DNA from: a bacterium
GTDB taxonomy: Bacteria > CAYTYR01 > UBA6262
Length of the DNA: 64,000 nucleotides
Assembly (NCBI GenBank): GCA_028712365.1
Contig: JAQTQE010000007.1
Coordinates: forward strand, 1,026-65,025
Direction of reading: 5' to 3'
The notes below the pieces were generated by a model. The model was given only the letters and a program-made list of their open reading frames with translations, was not told where the DNA came from and did not search any database. The position numbers and the translations under genes were made by a program. Shown in pieces: positions 47,865-57,097 of the stretch. Numbering within the stretch: the first letter of the stretch is position 1; the number at the start of each line of letters is the position of its first letter.

Positions 47865-48928
47865 CGATCTCCTTTGTTGGAAGTTAAAATTGCGATATTC
47901 TTCTGTGCCAGGTCCTGCATCCAGGACACATTCTTTAATTCCAGTACCTGTTGAAAATCTGCTATCGCGTCCTGGTCATGATGTAATTGCCTGGCACACC
48001 AGCCCCGCCCGGTCAAAACCAAAGCGCTCTGGGAATTCATTTCCAACGCTTTGGAAAATTGTTCCATAGCGATCTCCCAATCAGCGAAATCACTATAGAT
48101 CAATCCCCCGATCGCATAATTTAAATATTCATTCGGTTCAAGTTTAATAGCTTCCAGCAGGGTAGCAATGGCTTTCTCTTTTTCCCGCAAGTAAAATAAG
48201 CAGAGAGCCATATAGCGAAATACCCGTCCTTGCGGTTGCAGGCTGGCAACATATTTTAATTCTCCCAGAGCCTGGCCGTACTCTTTTTTGTGATAATAAA
48301 TATCCGCCAAAGCCAGGTGCGCCTCTGTATTCGTGGGATCATGGCTGATCACCTGCAGCAGGGCTTGATGCGCTTTCTGGTAGAGGCCCCAGTCACGGTA
48401 CAACAATCCGCTGGTTAAATTATATTCAGTTCTCAATTTCTTTGATTTGCTGATATGATCAAGTTCTTGTTTGGCTTCCGCGTACATTTTCATATCTTTG
48501 TATATTTTCGCCAGGCCTAAATACGCCGGTTCATAATTACGTTTCAGTTCAATACAGTCCTTAAAGTACCCCATAGCCTGGGCATAGTCTTGCCGGTAAT
48601 AGCTTATTTTTCCTAGCATTTCACGGGCGCTGAGTTGGTCACTTTTATTCAGCTTCTGGTCTAAGGCCTTCAATATATGTTTTTCCGCTTCCTGGTAATT
48701 TCCCGCCGCCAGATACAACCGGCCCAAGGCAATATGCATCTTTCCCGGGCGATACCCTTTATCCAATGCTTTCTGGTAATTCTCGATCGCCGCGGCAAAA
48801 TCGTTCTGCTGATCCGCCTTGGCCGCGTTTGCCAGGAAAGTTTTCAGTTCCCGATCCGCCGCTTGCAGGCACGGGACAGGCATGGCCAGCGCCAGGAACG
48901 CTATGATCAACCAGGTCTTTTTATTCAT
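47861..48928 (-). CDS. Secreted tetratricopeptide-repeat protein.
   Basis: It has a signal peptide and many TPR motifs (AEA.......ALELNP....A...LG..Y). Confidence 0.7.
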   Translation of the reverse strand: MNKKTWLIIAFLALAMPVPCLQAADRELKTFLANAAKADQQNDFAAAIENYQKALDKGYRPGKMHIALGRLYLAAGNYQEAEKHILKALDQKLNKSDQLSAREMLGKISYYRQDYAQAMGYFKDCIELKRNYEPAYLGLAKIYKDMKMYAEAKQELDHISKSKKLRTEYNLTSGLLYRDWGLYQKAHQALLQVISHDPTNTEAHLALADIYYHKKEYGQALGELKYVASLQPQGRVFRYMALCLFYLREKEKAIATLLEAIKLEPNEYLNYAIGGLIYSDFADWEIAMEQFSKALEMNSQSALVLTGRGWCARQLHHDQDAIADFQQVLELKNVSWMQDLAQKNIAILTSNKGDR

Positions 48929-49866
48929 TGCAGTTTATCCCAGACTTTATTCAAGATCACTTTCTTAATCTGTTTGACCTTGGCCCGGGTCGCTATGATG
49001 CCGGCGTCAACACATTCCACGCCGCGGTTCAACTCAGACACGGTAATATTTTTCACGTCCGGACTGATCACCAGGTCAGCTAATTTAAGCTGTTCCTGGG
49101 CTAAAAAATTTCCCCGGATATAGATCACCTGGCTCAAAATTAAAAGAGCGTTATTGGTTTTCGCTATCCCTACTTCCGCGGTCACATCTACCGCTATAAT
49201 GATATCCGCGCCCATGAGTTTGGCAACATCCGCCGGGACATTATCGATGATCCCGCCATCCATCAGCAAGCGATGCCGGTATTCTACCGGCTGGAACAAG
49301 CCAGGCATAGTTGAACTGGCGCGCACCGCAGGCGCGACCTGGCCTTCCTTCAGGATGATCTTTTCCCCGTTGCGTATATCTACAGCCACGCAGGCAAACG
49401 GTATTTTCAATTCATCAAAACGTTTATTCCCGATATACTTAGAAACGTATTCTTCCATTCTTTTGGTAGAATACAGGCCGACCGGAGAGATCTTGAAGCT
49501 TACCAGCTTATTCCAGGTCATATTCTGCGCCATGTCCACGATCGTATCAGCCGGCACGCCAGCGGCATACAATGAACCGATCAAAGCCCCGACACTGGTG
49601 CCGACAATTATATCTACCGGTAAAAGTTCTTCGGCAAACACCTGGACGACCCCGGCATGGGCCAACCCCCGGGCTCCGCCGCCCCCCAGTACCAACGCTA
49701 CTTTAGGTTTTTCCGCTGCCGGTAAAGATAGATATTTTTGCCAGAAAAAATCGATCAGTAATTCTTCTTCGTCAATAGTACCGGCGGTAGCCGGCGCTGT
49801 CGGGACCCAAAGAATAAAACCGAGTAATAAATAAACAAAAAGTTTTTTAATTGTGAACTGGACCAT
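48925..49866 (-). CDS. Patatin-like phospholipase.
   Basis: The oxyanion hole GGGARG, the nucleophile GTSVGA and a DGG dyad are present. Confidence 0.8.
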   Translation of the reverse strand: MVQFTIKKLFVYLLLGFILWVPTAPATAGTIDEEELLIDFFWQKYLSLPAAEKPKVALVLGGGGARGLAHAGVVQVFAEELLPVDIIVGTSVGALIGSLYAAGVPADTIVDMAQNMTWNKLVSFKISPVGLYSTKRMEEYVSKYIGNKRFDELKIPFACVAVDIRNGEKIILKEGQVAPAVRASSTMPGLFQPVEYRHRLLMDGGIIDNVPADVAKLMGADIIIAVDVTAEVGIAKTNNALLILSQVIYIRGNFLAQEQLKLADLVISPDVKNITVSELNRGVECVDAGIIATRAKVKQIKKVILNKVWDKLQ

Positions 49867-51342
49867 TTATTTGTTTCCCAGAGCCAATCCCGTGGCCACA
49901 TTCAATTCCTGTTCGCCTATGGTATACTCATAGGAATTATCCAAAGCCTGGATCCTGGTTTCTATGACTCTTTTCTGTATCGCCAGCAGGTCTGTGCAGG
50001 ATAGCTGGTCATTTTTGTAATAATTCAGCGCTGAATCCAAGGCCTTCTGCGCCAAGTCATTATTTTTGGACATTTCTTCCAGGTTTTTCCCGGCACGAAT
50101 ATATCGCCGGTAGCTTTCTTCTATGTTCATTTTCAGGTCATCACTGATCCGCACCTTCAGCAAATTGGTGGATTTCAACTCACTACGCATCTGCCTGACT
50201 CTCGCCCAGCTCAACCAGCCGTTGAACAACGGGTAATGCAATGCCACCGTAGCGGTCCAGTTCCTGCCCTCCAGCTCCGAATTTAATCCGCTGCGTTCAT
50301 AATCCGCGCCCAGCACGATAGTCGGATAACGCTCACTAAAAGCCTGGCTGATCTTATGGTTAATCTTTTTTTCTTCCAAAGAAAGTCCTTGCAGGACCGG
50401 CGACCGGTCAATGGCCAGGGCAATATAGGTATTCAAGCCCTGGCACTCTTCTCCAGGGATCACTGTTTTAAAATCACCGACCAGCTTTACCTGCGAGTCC
50501 AATTCAAATCCGACCGCCTTATTAAAGGCCGTATAAACCAGTTGGAGCTTTTCTTCTTCAGCCGCTATTTGCATCTCCCACCGGGAGCATTCGATCGTCA
50601 AGAGAGTGATCTCATAATCCTTCGCTTTGTTTTTGCTTTTAGCTGTTTCCAGATAAGTCTTAACCTGGGCCAAGGCTTCCCGGCTAAATTCCAGCGCCTG
50701 CTGCTGGTAGAGAACGCTATAAAACCTCTGGGTCACTTCCAGGTAAACTTTCCGCTTGGTTGTTTCATATGCCTTATTAGTGATATCGAGATCTTTTTTC
50801 GCGATATTAAGCTGGTTAATAAGATAGCCGCCGGTAAATAAAGACTGGCTGACAGAGATCCTGGCCGCGTAGTGATTGCTGACTCCCACTGCCAAACTGG
50901 ATCCGCCCAAGCTAGGCGGCAACGTGGTAGGCGTACCCACGTTCAAGCGGGTATAAGCGCCAGTCAGGTTGATCTTGGGGAAAAAATAAGAATCAGCTTC
51001 TTCAATTTTCTGCTCGGCAATATATTTTTTTTCTGAGGCTTCCAATAACTCCTGGTTGTTGGTCATAGCCCATTTAATGCTGTCTTCCAGGGTTAGTATC
51101 TTTTCCGGCTGTTCCAGCGCCCAAGAGGCAGTGCCCCAATATAATAAGCATAATAATAAAAGTATTTTTTTAACGAACCCAAGAGTTGTATTAGATTTTG
51201 AGAACCGAGACGTAAAAGTGCGATATTTTCCCGCATAAAAAATTGTGAGCATACTCACAGGAGTATGTAAGCAATTTTTTAGAAAGGAAAATGAAGCAAT
51301 ATTACGTCGAATTCCTAAATCTAACGCAATTTTTGGGTTCAA
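49867..51342 (-). CDS. TolC-family outer-membrane efflux protein.
   Basis: Two OEP repeats and coiled-coil helices are present. The signal peptide (ILLLLCLLYWGTASWA) lies about 60 aa inside the ORF. The start could be the ATG overlapping the argH stop (ATGA) or the internal Met at about 51252. Confidence 0.65.
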   Translation of the reverse strand: MNPKIALDLGIRRNIASFSFLKNCLHTPVSMLTIFYAGKYRTFTSRFSKSNTTLGFVKKILLLLCLLYWGTASWALEQPEKILTLEDSIKWAMTNNQELLEASEKKYIAEQKIEEADSYFFPKINLTGAYTRLNVGTPTTLPPSLGGSSLAVGVSNHYAARISVSQSLFTGGYLINQLNIAKKDLDITNKAYETTKRKVYLEVTQRFYSVLYQQQALEFSREALAQVKTYLETAKSKNKAKDYEITLLTIECSRWEMQIAAEEEKLQLVYTAFNKAVGFELDSQVKLVGDFKTVIPGEECQGLNTYIALAIDRSPVLQGLSLEEKKINHKISQAFSERYPTIVLGADYERSGLNSELEGRNWTATVALHYPLFNGWLSWARVRQMRSELKSTNLLKVRISDDLKMNIEESYRRYIRAGKNLEEMSKNNDLAQKALDSALNYYKNDQLSCTDLLAIQKRVIETRIQALDNSYEYTIGEQELNVATGLALGNK

Positions 51343-52712
51343 GATAATTCCTTCTGCTCTTTCTTAATCCCGGCCAGCACCTGGAGCGGAGCAGTGCCGC
51401 CGGTTGATTTTTTCCGTTTGAGGCAATTCTCGATCTTGATAAACGAGAAAATATCCTGGTTGAATTTAGGGCTAAACTGCCGGTATTCTGCCAGCTTCAG
51501 GTCATGGAAGTCTTTATGCTGTTCCAGGCAATACTTAACCAGGCTGCCAACGACAAAATGCGCTTGCCGGAAAGGGATGCCTTTTAAAACCAGGTAATCA
51601 GCGATATCCGTGGCTTCCATCAAACCTTTGGCTATTTTCTGCGCCATGTTGTTGGAACAGACCTTCATGGTCCTGACCAGTTCACCGGTGATAGCCAGGG
51701 TATCATTGACTGTATCTACCGTATCGAATAGCGGACCTTTGTCTTCCTGCAGGTCCCGGTTATAGGATAATGGCAATCCTTTCAGCAATGTCAGCAAGGC
51801 CATCAGGTTACCATAGATCTTGCCGCTTTTGCCGCGGATCAGCTCTGCCACATCCGGATTCTTCTTCTGCGGCATGATGGAAGAACCTGTGCAGAAAGCA
51901 TCGGCCAGTTCCACAAATTCAAACTCGCTGGAACTCCACAGCACCAACTCCTCTGCTAACCGCGAAAGATGCATGATCAGGATAGAAGAAACAGCCAGGA
52001 ACTCAATAATAAAATCCCGGTCACTGACCGTGTCAACACTGTTCTCGCTCACTTTCGGGAAATTGAGCAATTTGGCGGTAAATTCCCGCCGTACCGGATA
52101 ATTCACCCCGGCTAAAGCCCCTACTCCCAGGGGCAGGACATTGGTCCGCCCAAGGCATTCGGCAAACCGGGCCTTATCCCGTTTGAGCATATAATAATAG
52201 GCCATGATATAGTGGCTGAACAAGATCGGCTGGGCATGCTGCATATGCGTATAGCCCGGCATCACGACTTTAATATTTTTCTCAGCCACGTTCAGCAATA
52301 CCTTTTGTAATTGAGCAATACCCTTGATAATATCCTCTGTCTCAGAACGCAAAAACAGACGCACATCCAGCAGCACCTGGTCGTTACGCGACCGGGCAGT
52401 ATGTAGTTTTTCCCCTACCGGCCCGATCTTGGCGATCAGTTTTTTTTCTATAGCCATATGGATATCTTCGTCAGTCTGCTTGAAAATAAATTTCCCGGCT
52501 TCGATCTCTTTGAGGATACTTTTTAGGCCAGCTTTGATACCGGCTGCTTCTTTTTTGGAAATAATACGGCTTTTTGCCAGCATGGTAGCATGGGCAATGC
52601 TACCGGCAATATCATAGGCATACAACCGCTTATCAACTTGAATGGAAGCAGTATAGTCCTCGCATTGTTTGTTCGTGGATCCCTTGAACCGTCCACCCCA
52701 TAATTTTTTCAT
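51339..52712 (-). CDS. argH: Argininosuccinate lyase.
   Basis: MKKLWGGRF at the N-terminus and the signature GSSIMPQKKNPD. Confidence 0.9.
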   Translation of the reverse strand: MKKLWGGRFKGSTNKQCEDYTASIQVDKRLYAYDIAGSIAHATMLAKSRIISKKEAAGIKAGLKSILKEIEAGKFIFKQTDEDIHMAIEKKLIAKIGPVGEKLHTARSRNDQVLLDVRLFLRSETEDIIKGIAQLQKVLLNVAEKNIKVVMPGYTHMQHAQPILFSHYIMAYYYMLKRDKARFAECLGRTNVLPLGVGALAGVNYPVRREFTAKLLNFPKVSENSVDTVSDRDFIIEFLAVSSILIMHLSRLAEELVLWSSSEFEFVELADAFCTGSSIMPQKKNPDVAELIRGKSGKIYGNLMALLTLLKGLPLSYNRDLQEDKGPLFDTVDTVNDTLAITGELVRTMKVCSNNMAQKIAKGLMEATDIADYLVLKGIPFRQAHFVVGSLVKYCLEQHKDFHDLKLAEYRQFSPKFNQDIFSFIKIENCLKRKKSTGGTAPLQVLAGIKKEQKELS

Positions 52713-52744
52713 GGCAAAACTCCAATTTTTAGTCTATTAATTAT

Positions 52745-52790
52745 CACCAACCTAAGACCTACTTCTATACTTACTTCTACACCTTTCACC
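52745..52790. repeat. Family A repeat, half-element.
   Basis: CCTAAGACCTACTTCTATACTTACTTCTACACC sits between argG and argH. Only one arm is recognisable. Confidence 0.45.
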
Positions 52791-52815
52791 CTGTGACTGT
52801 TCTTAACATTGGCTC

Positions 52816-54027
52816 TTAGTATTTCTTTTTATTCACTAACGCTTGCACTTTTAACGGCAAGCCCAACAGATTAATAAAACCTTCCGCGTCGTACTGGTTA
52901 TATACGGTATCTGCTTCAAATGTGGCCAAATCCGGCTGGTACAATGATTTATCCGCTTTCCGGCCAACGATCGTGCAATTTCCTTTATACAATTTTACCC
53001 GCACTGTTCCGGTCACGGTAGCCTGGGTCTGGTCGATAAAAGCATCGAGAGCTTGCCGTAAAGGCGTGAACCAAAAACCAGCGTAGATCAATTCAGCGTA
53101 TTTATCACTGACTTTTTTCTTCCACACCGTAGTTTGCCGGTCCAGGCAGAGCGTCTCCAAAGCCTGGTGCGCGGTCATCAGGATCGTGCCGCCCGGTGTT
53201 TCATATACGCCGCGGGACTTCATACCCACTACCCGGTTTTCTACAATGTCCACCCGGCCGATCGCATTGGCTCCGCCGACCTTGTTTAGCTTTTCGATCA
53301 ACTTGACCCCGTCATACTTCACGCCATTAATGCTGACCGGAATACCTTTGAAAAAACCGATGTCAACATAGGTAGCTTTATTAGGCGCCTTTTCCGGAGA
53401 CACAGACAGCAAGAACATATCTTCCGGCGGTTCGTTCCATGGATTCTCCAGGATGCCGCCTTCGAAACTGATATGCCAGAGATTCCGGTCGCTGGAATAA
53501 GGTTTTTTCTTGGTAACCGGGACAGGAATGCCATATTTTTTGGCATAAGCGATCTCTTCTTCCCGGGATTTCAGGTCCCAGGTACGCCATGGGGCAATGA
53601 TCTTGATCTTCGGGTCAAGAGCTTTAAAGGTCAATTCAAAACGCAACTGGTCGTTCCCTTTGCCGGTGCAACCATGTGCCACAGCGTCGGCATTTTCTTT
53701 CTTAGCGATCTCGATTTGCTTTTTCGCGATCAATGGCCGGGCGATACTGGTTCCGAGCAGGTATTTGTCCTCATAAATGGCTCCTGCCTTCAGCATTGGC
53801 CAAATATACTCTTCCACAAATTCCTTGGTCAAGTCCTCGATATAGATCTTGCTGGCGCCGGTCTTCAGGGCTTTTTGTTTCAGCCCGCTCAATTCTTCAT
53901 TCTGGCCGATATTGGCGGCAAAAGCTACTACTTCACAGCCATATTCTTTTTTCAGCCAATGGATAATAATAGACGTATCCAGCCCGCCTGAATAGGCCAA
54001 CACAACTTTGTTAATTTTTTCTGACAT
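52816..54027 (-). CDS. argG: Argininosuccinate synthase.
   Basis: [13 protein letters not shown] and the ATP-binding context are present. Start is taken at the internal Met (MSEKINK). Confidence 0.9.
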   Translation of the reverse strand: MSEKINKVVLAYSGGLDTSIIIHWLKKEYGCEVVAFAANIGQNEELSGLKQKALKTGASKIYIEDLTKEFVEEYIWPMLKAGAIYEDKYLLGTSIARPLIAKKQIEIAKKENADAVAHGCTGKGNDQLRFELTFKALDPKIKIIAPWRTWDLKSREEEIAYAKKYGIPVPVTKKKPYSSDRNLWHISFEGGILENPWNEPPEDMFLLSVSPEKAPNKATYVDIGFFKGIPVSINGVKYDGVKLIEKLNKVGGANAIGRVDIVENRVVGMKSRGVYETPGGTILMTAHQALETLCLDRQTTVWKKKVSDKYAELIYAGFWFTPLRQALDAFIDQTQATVTGTVRVKLYKGNCTIVGRKADKSLYQPDLATFEADTVYNQYDAEGFINLLGLPLKVQALVNKKKY

Positions 54028-54101
54028 ATTATACTCCTTGAATGTAAGGGTCAATGAAAAGGATCACAAAAGAGGGTCATAAAAGAGGATCACTGTTTTA
54101 A

Positions 54102-54185
54102 TGCCGCGGAAGGGATTTGAACCCCCAAGTCCTTGCGGACACATGGTCCTAAGCCATGCGTGTCTGCCAATTCCACCACCGCGGC
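54102..54185 (-). tRNA. tRNA-Leu (anticodon UAG), type II.
   Basis: The reverse complement reads GCCGCGGTGGTGGAATTGGCAGACACGCATGGCTTAGGACCATG...GGTTCAAATCCCTTCCGCGGCA. The anticodon loop is CUUAGGA. CCA is not encoded. Confidence 0.8.
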
Positions 54186-54456
54186 GTATTTTGCTGAAAG
54201 CTGAATGCTGAAAGCTAAAAGCCGAAGAGAAATGTTTTTGGCATCCAGCATTTAGCATTTAGCATTTAGCCAAAATTTACTTCGTAAATTTTGGGCCGTA
54301 GAGGACTCGAACCTCCAACCTTATCCTTAAGAGGGATCTGCTCTACCATTGAGCTAACGGCCCATATATAAACTGCTTGATGCTGGAAGCTGAAAGCTTG
54401 ATGCAAAATCTTTTAGCATCCAGCTTTTAGCATTTAGCGGTCTTTAGTAAATTAAG
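54186..54456. repeat. tRNA-spacer heptamer-based hairpins.
   Basis: GCTGAAAGCTGAATGCTGAAAGCTAAAAGC pairs with GCATCCAGCATTTAGCATTTAGCATTTAGC at 54186-54291. A similar hairpin lies at 54375-54447. Confidence 0.45.
54292..54363 (-). tRNA. tRNA-Lys (anticodon CUU), probable.
   Basis: The reverse complement reads GGGCCGTTAGCTCAATGGTAGAGCAGATCCCTCTTAAGGATAAGGTTGGAGGTTCGAGTCCTCTACGGCCCA. The anticodon loop is CUCUUAA, with one mismatched stem pair at 27-43. Confidence 0.65.
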
Positions 54457-54529
54457 CGCGCCTGCTGGGACTTGAACCCGGACATCTAGCTCCGGAGGCT
54501 AGCGCTCTATCCAATTGAGCTACAGGCGC
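54457..54529 (-). tRNA. tRNA-Arg (anticodon CCG).
   Basis: The reverse complement reads GCGCCTGTAGCTCAATTGGATAGAGCGCTAGCCTCCGGAGCTAGATGTCCGGGTTCAAGTCCCAGCAGGCGCG. The anticodon loop is CUCCGGA. Confidence 0.8.
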
Positions 54530-54533
54530 GTAT

Positions 54534-54643
54534 CAACACCCCAAACCCCGCTCAAAGGGGCTCCCGCCCCTATTGCGCTCGCTCGGCTGATCCCGATAAA
54601 TCGGGATCAATACACCGGCTCGCTATTACCCCTTGGGGTGTTG
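54534..54643. other. GC-rich structured element of about 110 nt between the HD-GYP gene and tRNA-Arg.
   Basis: The outer 11-bp stem CAACACCCCAA...TTGGGGTGTTG encloses internal hairpins CCCCGCTCAAAGGGG and GATCCCGATAAATCGGGATC. GC is about 60 % against about 43 % locally. Confidence 0.3.
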
Positions 54644-54737
54644 CCGGGAAACAATAATATACCTTAGTTATGGAAGAAAAACAGCGTCCATAGCTATTTT
54701 GTTACTTATACCATAAATGGGGATTTTTGGCAAGTAT

Positions 54738-56150
54738 TTACTCGAACTTAAATCCTTCTTGCGTGACTACTTTAATGCAGGCATCAACTACCGCTGGATC
54801 ATAGAGGGTCCCTTTATTTTGGGAAATATGTTGCAGCGCTTCATTCATGGATAAAGCGGGACGATACGGACGGTCAGAAGCCATGGCCTCGACGACATCT
54901 GCGACTCCTAATATTTTAGCTTCCAGTAGTATTTGCTCATTGACCAAGCCTTTGGGGTAGCCGGAACCATTGGGCCTTTCGTGATGCTGTACCACGATCT
55001 GGGCGATCGGCCAGGCAAAATCAATGTTTTTCAAGATATCAAAAGCTACCTGGGGATGTAGTTTCATCAAGTTAAACTCATTCTTATCCAAAGCTCTTGG
55101 TTTGGTCAATATCTCGGCTGGCACGCAAATCTTGCCAATATCATGCAGGACACCGGCAATACGGATCATTTCGATCTGATCCTGAGTAAGCTTCATCTCT
55201 TTAGCAATGGCGCAAGCCAGGTTAGCTACGCGGCGCTGATGGCCGGCAGTATAAGCGTCGCGCATTTCCAGGGTCAGGGCCATAGCATTAATGATACCTT
55301 CCAGGACTTTCTTCTGCTGGACCAGGCTTTCCTGGACCTTTTCTTCTGCCATGGTACGCTCAATGATCTCTTTAACCAGCTTTTCATTAATTTCACTTAA
55401 TTCAGCGGTACGTAATTCCACCTGTTTTTCCAGGTAATCACGGGTTACCGTGATCTTTTGCAGGTTTTCGGCCATTTTATTGAACGAACTTGCCAATAAG
55501 CCGATCTCATCATTTGTTTTAATGGGTACTTTATAATCCAGGTCTCCCCGGGAAATATTTTGCGTACCTATTACCAGTTGGTCGATCGGTTTGCCCAGCA
55601 TGATCCTGATCAACCAGGAACTGCCGATAGCGGCCAGCAACATGCCTATGGCGCCCATGATCCAGATCGTTTTTTTGGCCTGCTCCAGCTTACTGGTGAG
55701 ACTATCCAAAGAAAATACGATCTTTACCTTGCCGATAGTCTCAATTTCCTTTTCGATCTGGCCGCCGCCTAAGATCAATTCTTCTTCACTTACCGACGCT
55801 TTTATCTTTTCGGTAATAATATTATTAGAATAAGCCCGCAACTGCTGGCTTTCTTTTTTACTGTCTTGAAATAATACCATTCCGGCTTGATCCTTAACTT
55901 CACAGAAAATAACATCTTTCTGCTGCATGGCTCCTTTACCGATCTTAGAAATCGAATCCTGGTCACTGATCAGCACGGGATATTCACAGCTATTGACTAC
56001 GCTGTTCAAGAGAGTATACGCCCGCTCATCCAACTCTACTAATAACGCCTTCTTTTCCTGGTTGACAAAATAGTACGAAAAGAATCCGCCCAGGATACCG
56101 ATCACCATAGTCACTAATAGAATAATTTTTTTATCGATGCCAAATCTCAT
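54738..56150 (-). CDS. Membrane-bound HD-GYP phosphodiesterase with a periplasmic sensor region and HAMP domain.
   Basis: Two TM helices flank a ~140-aa periplasmic domain. A HAMP domain and coiled coil follow. The HD motif is VLHDIGK and the GYP motif is HHERPNGSGYPKGL. Confidence 0.8.
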   Translation of the reverse strand: MRFGIDKKIILLVTMVIGILGGFFSYYFVNQEKKALLVELDERAYTLLNSVVNSCEYPVLISDQDSISKIGKGAMQQKDVIFCEVKDQAGMVLFQDSKKESQQLRAYSNNIITEKIKASVSEEELILGGGQIEKEIETIGKVKIVFSLDSLTSKLEQAKKTIWIMGAIGMLLAAIGSSWLIRIMLGKPIDQLVIGTQNISRGDLDYKVPIKTNDEIGLLASSFNKMAENLQKITVTRDYLEKQVELRTAELSEINEKLVKEIIERTMAEEKVQESLVQQKKVLEGIINAMALTLEMRDAYTAGHQRRVANLACAIAKEMKLTQDQIEMIRIAGVLHDIGKICVPAEILTKPRALDKNEFNLMKLHPQVAFDILKNIDFAWPIAQIVVQHHERPNGSGYPKGLVNEQILLEAKILGVADVVEAMASDRPYRPALSMNEALQHISQNKGTLYDPAVVDACIKVVTQEGFKFE

Positions 56151-57076
56151 TATTTATTCTCACCGAATACATTATTTGTGTTTTCGACGATTTCCGGGGA
56201 AAACTTTATATCCAGCCGGGCAGCGGTAGACAGGTTAAGGGAAAAACTGGTTTTCCTCGGTTTGACCGGCTTGATATCCACAGGTCTTTCCCCATTGAGT
56301 ACGCGCAAAGCTATTTCCCCGGCCTGGCGGCCCAGGTCCTCATAGTCACAATCAATAGAGAGTAAGGCGCCGGATTTAGAATGATACTTGGATAATCCGA
56401 TCACGGGAAACTTCTGCCGCAGGCTTTCCAGGAGCAGGTATTTCACGGATTGGGGGAAATAGATCTTGGCATCGGGGATCATCAGCAGGCAATTGATCTG
56501 CCAGGTAATGTCCGCTAGAGCGGCGGGCAATTCTTTTTCATCATTCACTTTTCGTTTAACCAATTTCAGCCCTAGTTCGCCACAGGTCTGATTCAATTCA
56601 GTAACCTTATTGGTTGAATCCGCAGTATAAACAACGCCAATTTTCTTTGCCTCAGGGAATACTTTCTGCAGGGCTTCCAACTGCATCCTAACCGGGACAT
56701 CCAGCAGTACTCCGGCCAAGTTCGCGCCGGTCAATTTCTCCGGATTAAGGACCATAGCATATACTATCGGTTTATCTTTAAATGATTCCTCTGCCAGCTT
56801 GGCTGCCCTAGTGCCTATCGCGAAAACGATATCCGGTTTCTCGGCGTTTACCTGAGCCACTATTTTTTGCGTATTTTTATCCAGTAGGAAATACTCGGTA
56901 AACCATAAAGCTATCTTTTTATCCTTAAAAAACTCCTTAAAACCAGTACAGGATTGTAAATACGGCTCAATATCCGAAGAATAAATAACCGAAACCAATA
57001 CCCGGTCAGCAGCCTGGCATTGGCTCCAGGTTAAGGCTAATATAAATACACTTAACAGTATCGCTTTGATCTTCAT
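56150..57076 (-). CDS. Periplasmic substrate-binding protein of the uncharacterised ABC_sub_bind (PF04392-like) family. No permease or ATPase partner is present.
   Basis: It has a signal peptide and an SBP type-I fold pattern (IGVVY...PDAKIYFPQSVKYLLLESL...PVIGLS). It is paralogous to 59320-60267. Confidence 0.6.
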   Translation of the reverse strand: MKIKAILLSVFILALTWSQCQAADRVLVSVIYSSDIEPYLQSCTGFKEFFKDKKIALWFTEYFLLDKNTQKIVAQVNAEKPDIVFAIGTRAAKLAEESFKDKPIVYAMVLNPEKLTGANLAGVLLDVPVRMQLEALQKVFPEAKKIGVVYTADSTNKVTELNQTCGELGLKLVKRKVNDEKELPAALADITWQINCLLMIPDAKIYFPQSVKYLLLESLRQKFPVIGLSKYHSKSGALLSIDCDYEDLGRQAGEIALRVLNGERPVDIKPVKPRKTSFSLNLSTAARLDIKFSPEIVENTNNVFGENK

Positions 57077-57097
57077 CCTGCTTTTAAATCCTTAATC

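Noticed and set aside
48925-49866. The patatin gene as a CBASS or other defence effector.
   Set aside because: No cyclase, CD-NTase, E1/E2 or sensor genes are adjacent. Its neighbours are a TPR protein, TolC and arg genes. It is more likely a housekeeping lipid esterase.
54064-54258. The 64-aa ORF MLNAGCQKHF…
   Set aside because: It overlaps tRNA-Leu(UAG) and its heptamer-repeat spacer. It is antisense or spurious.
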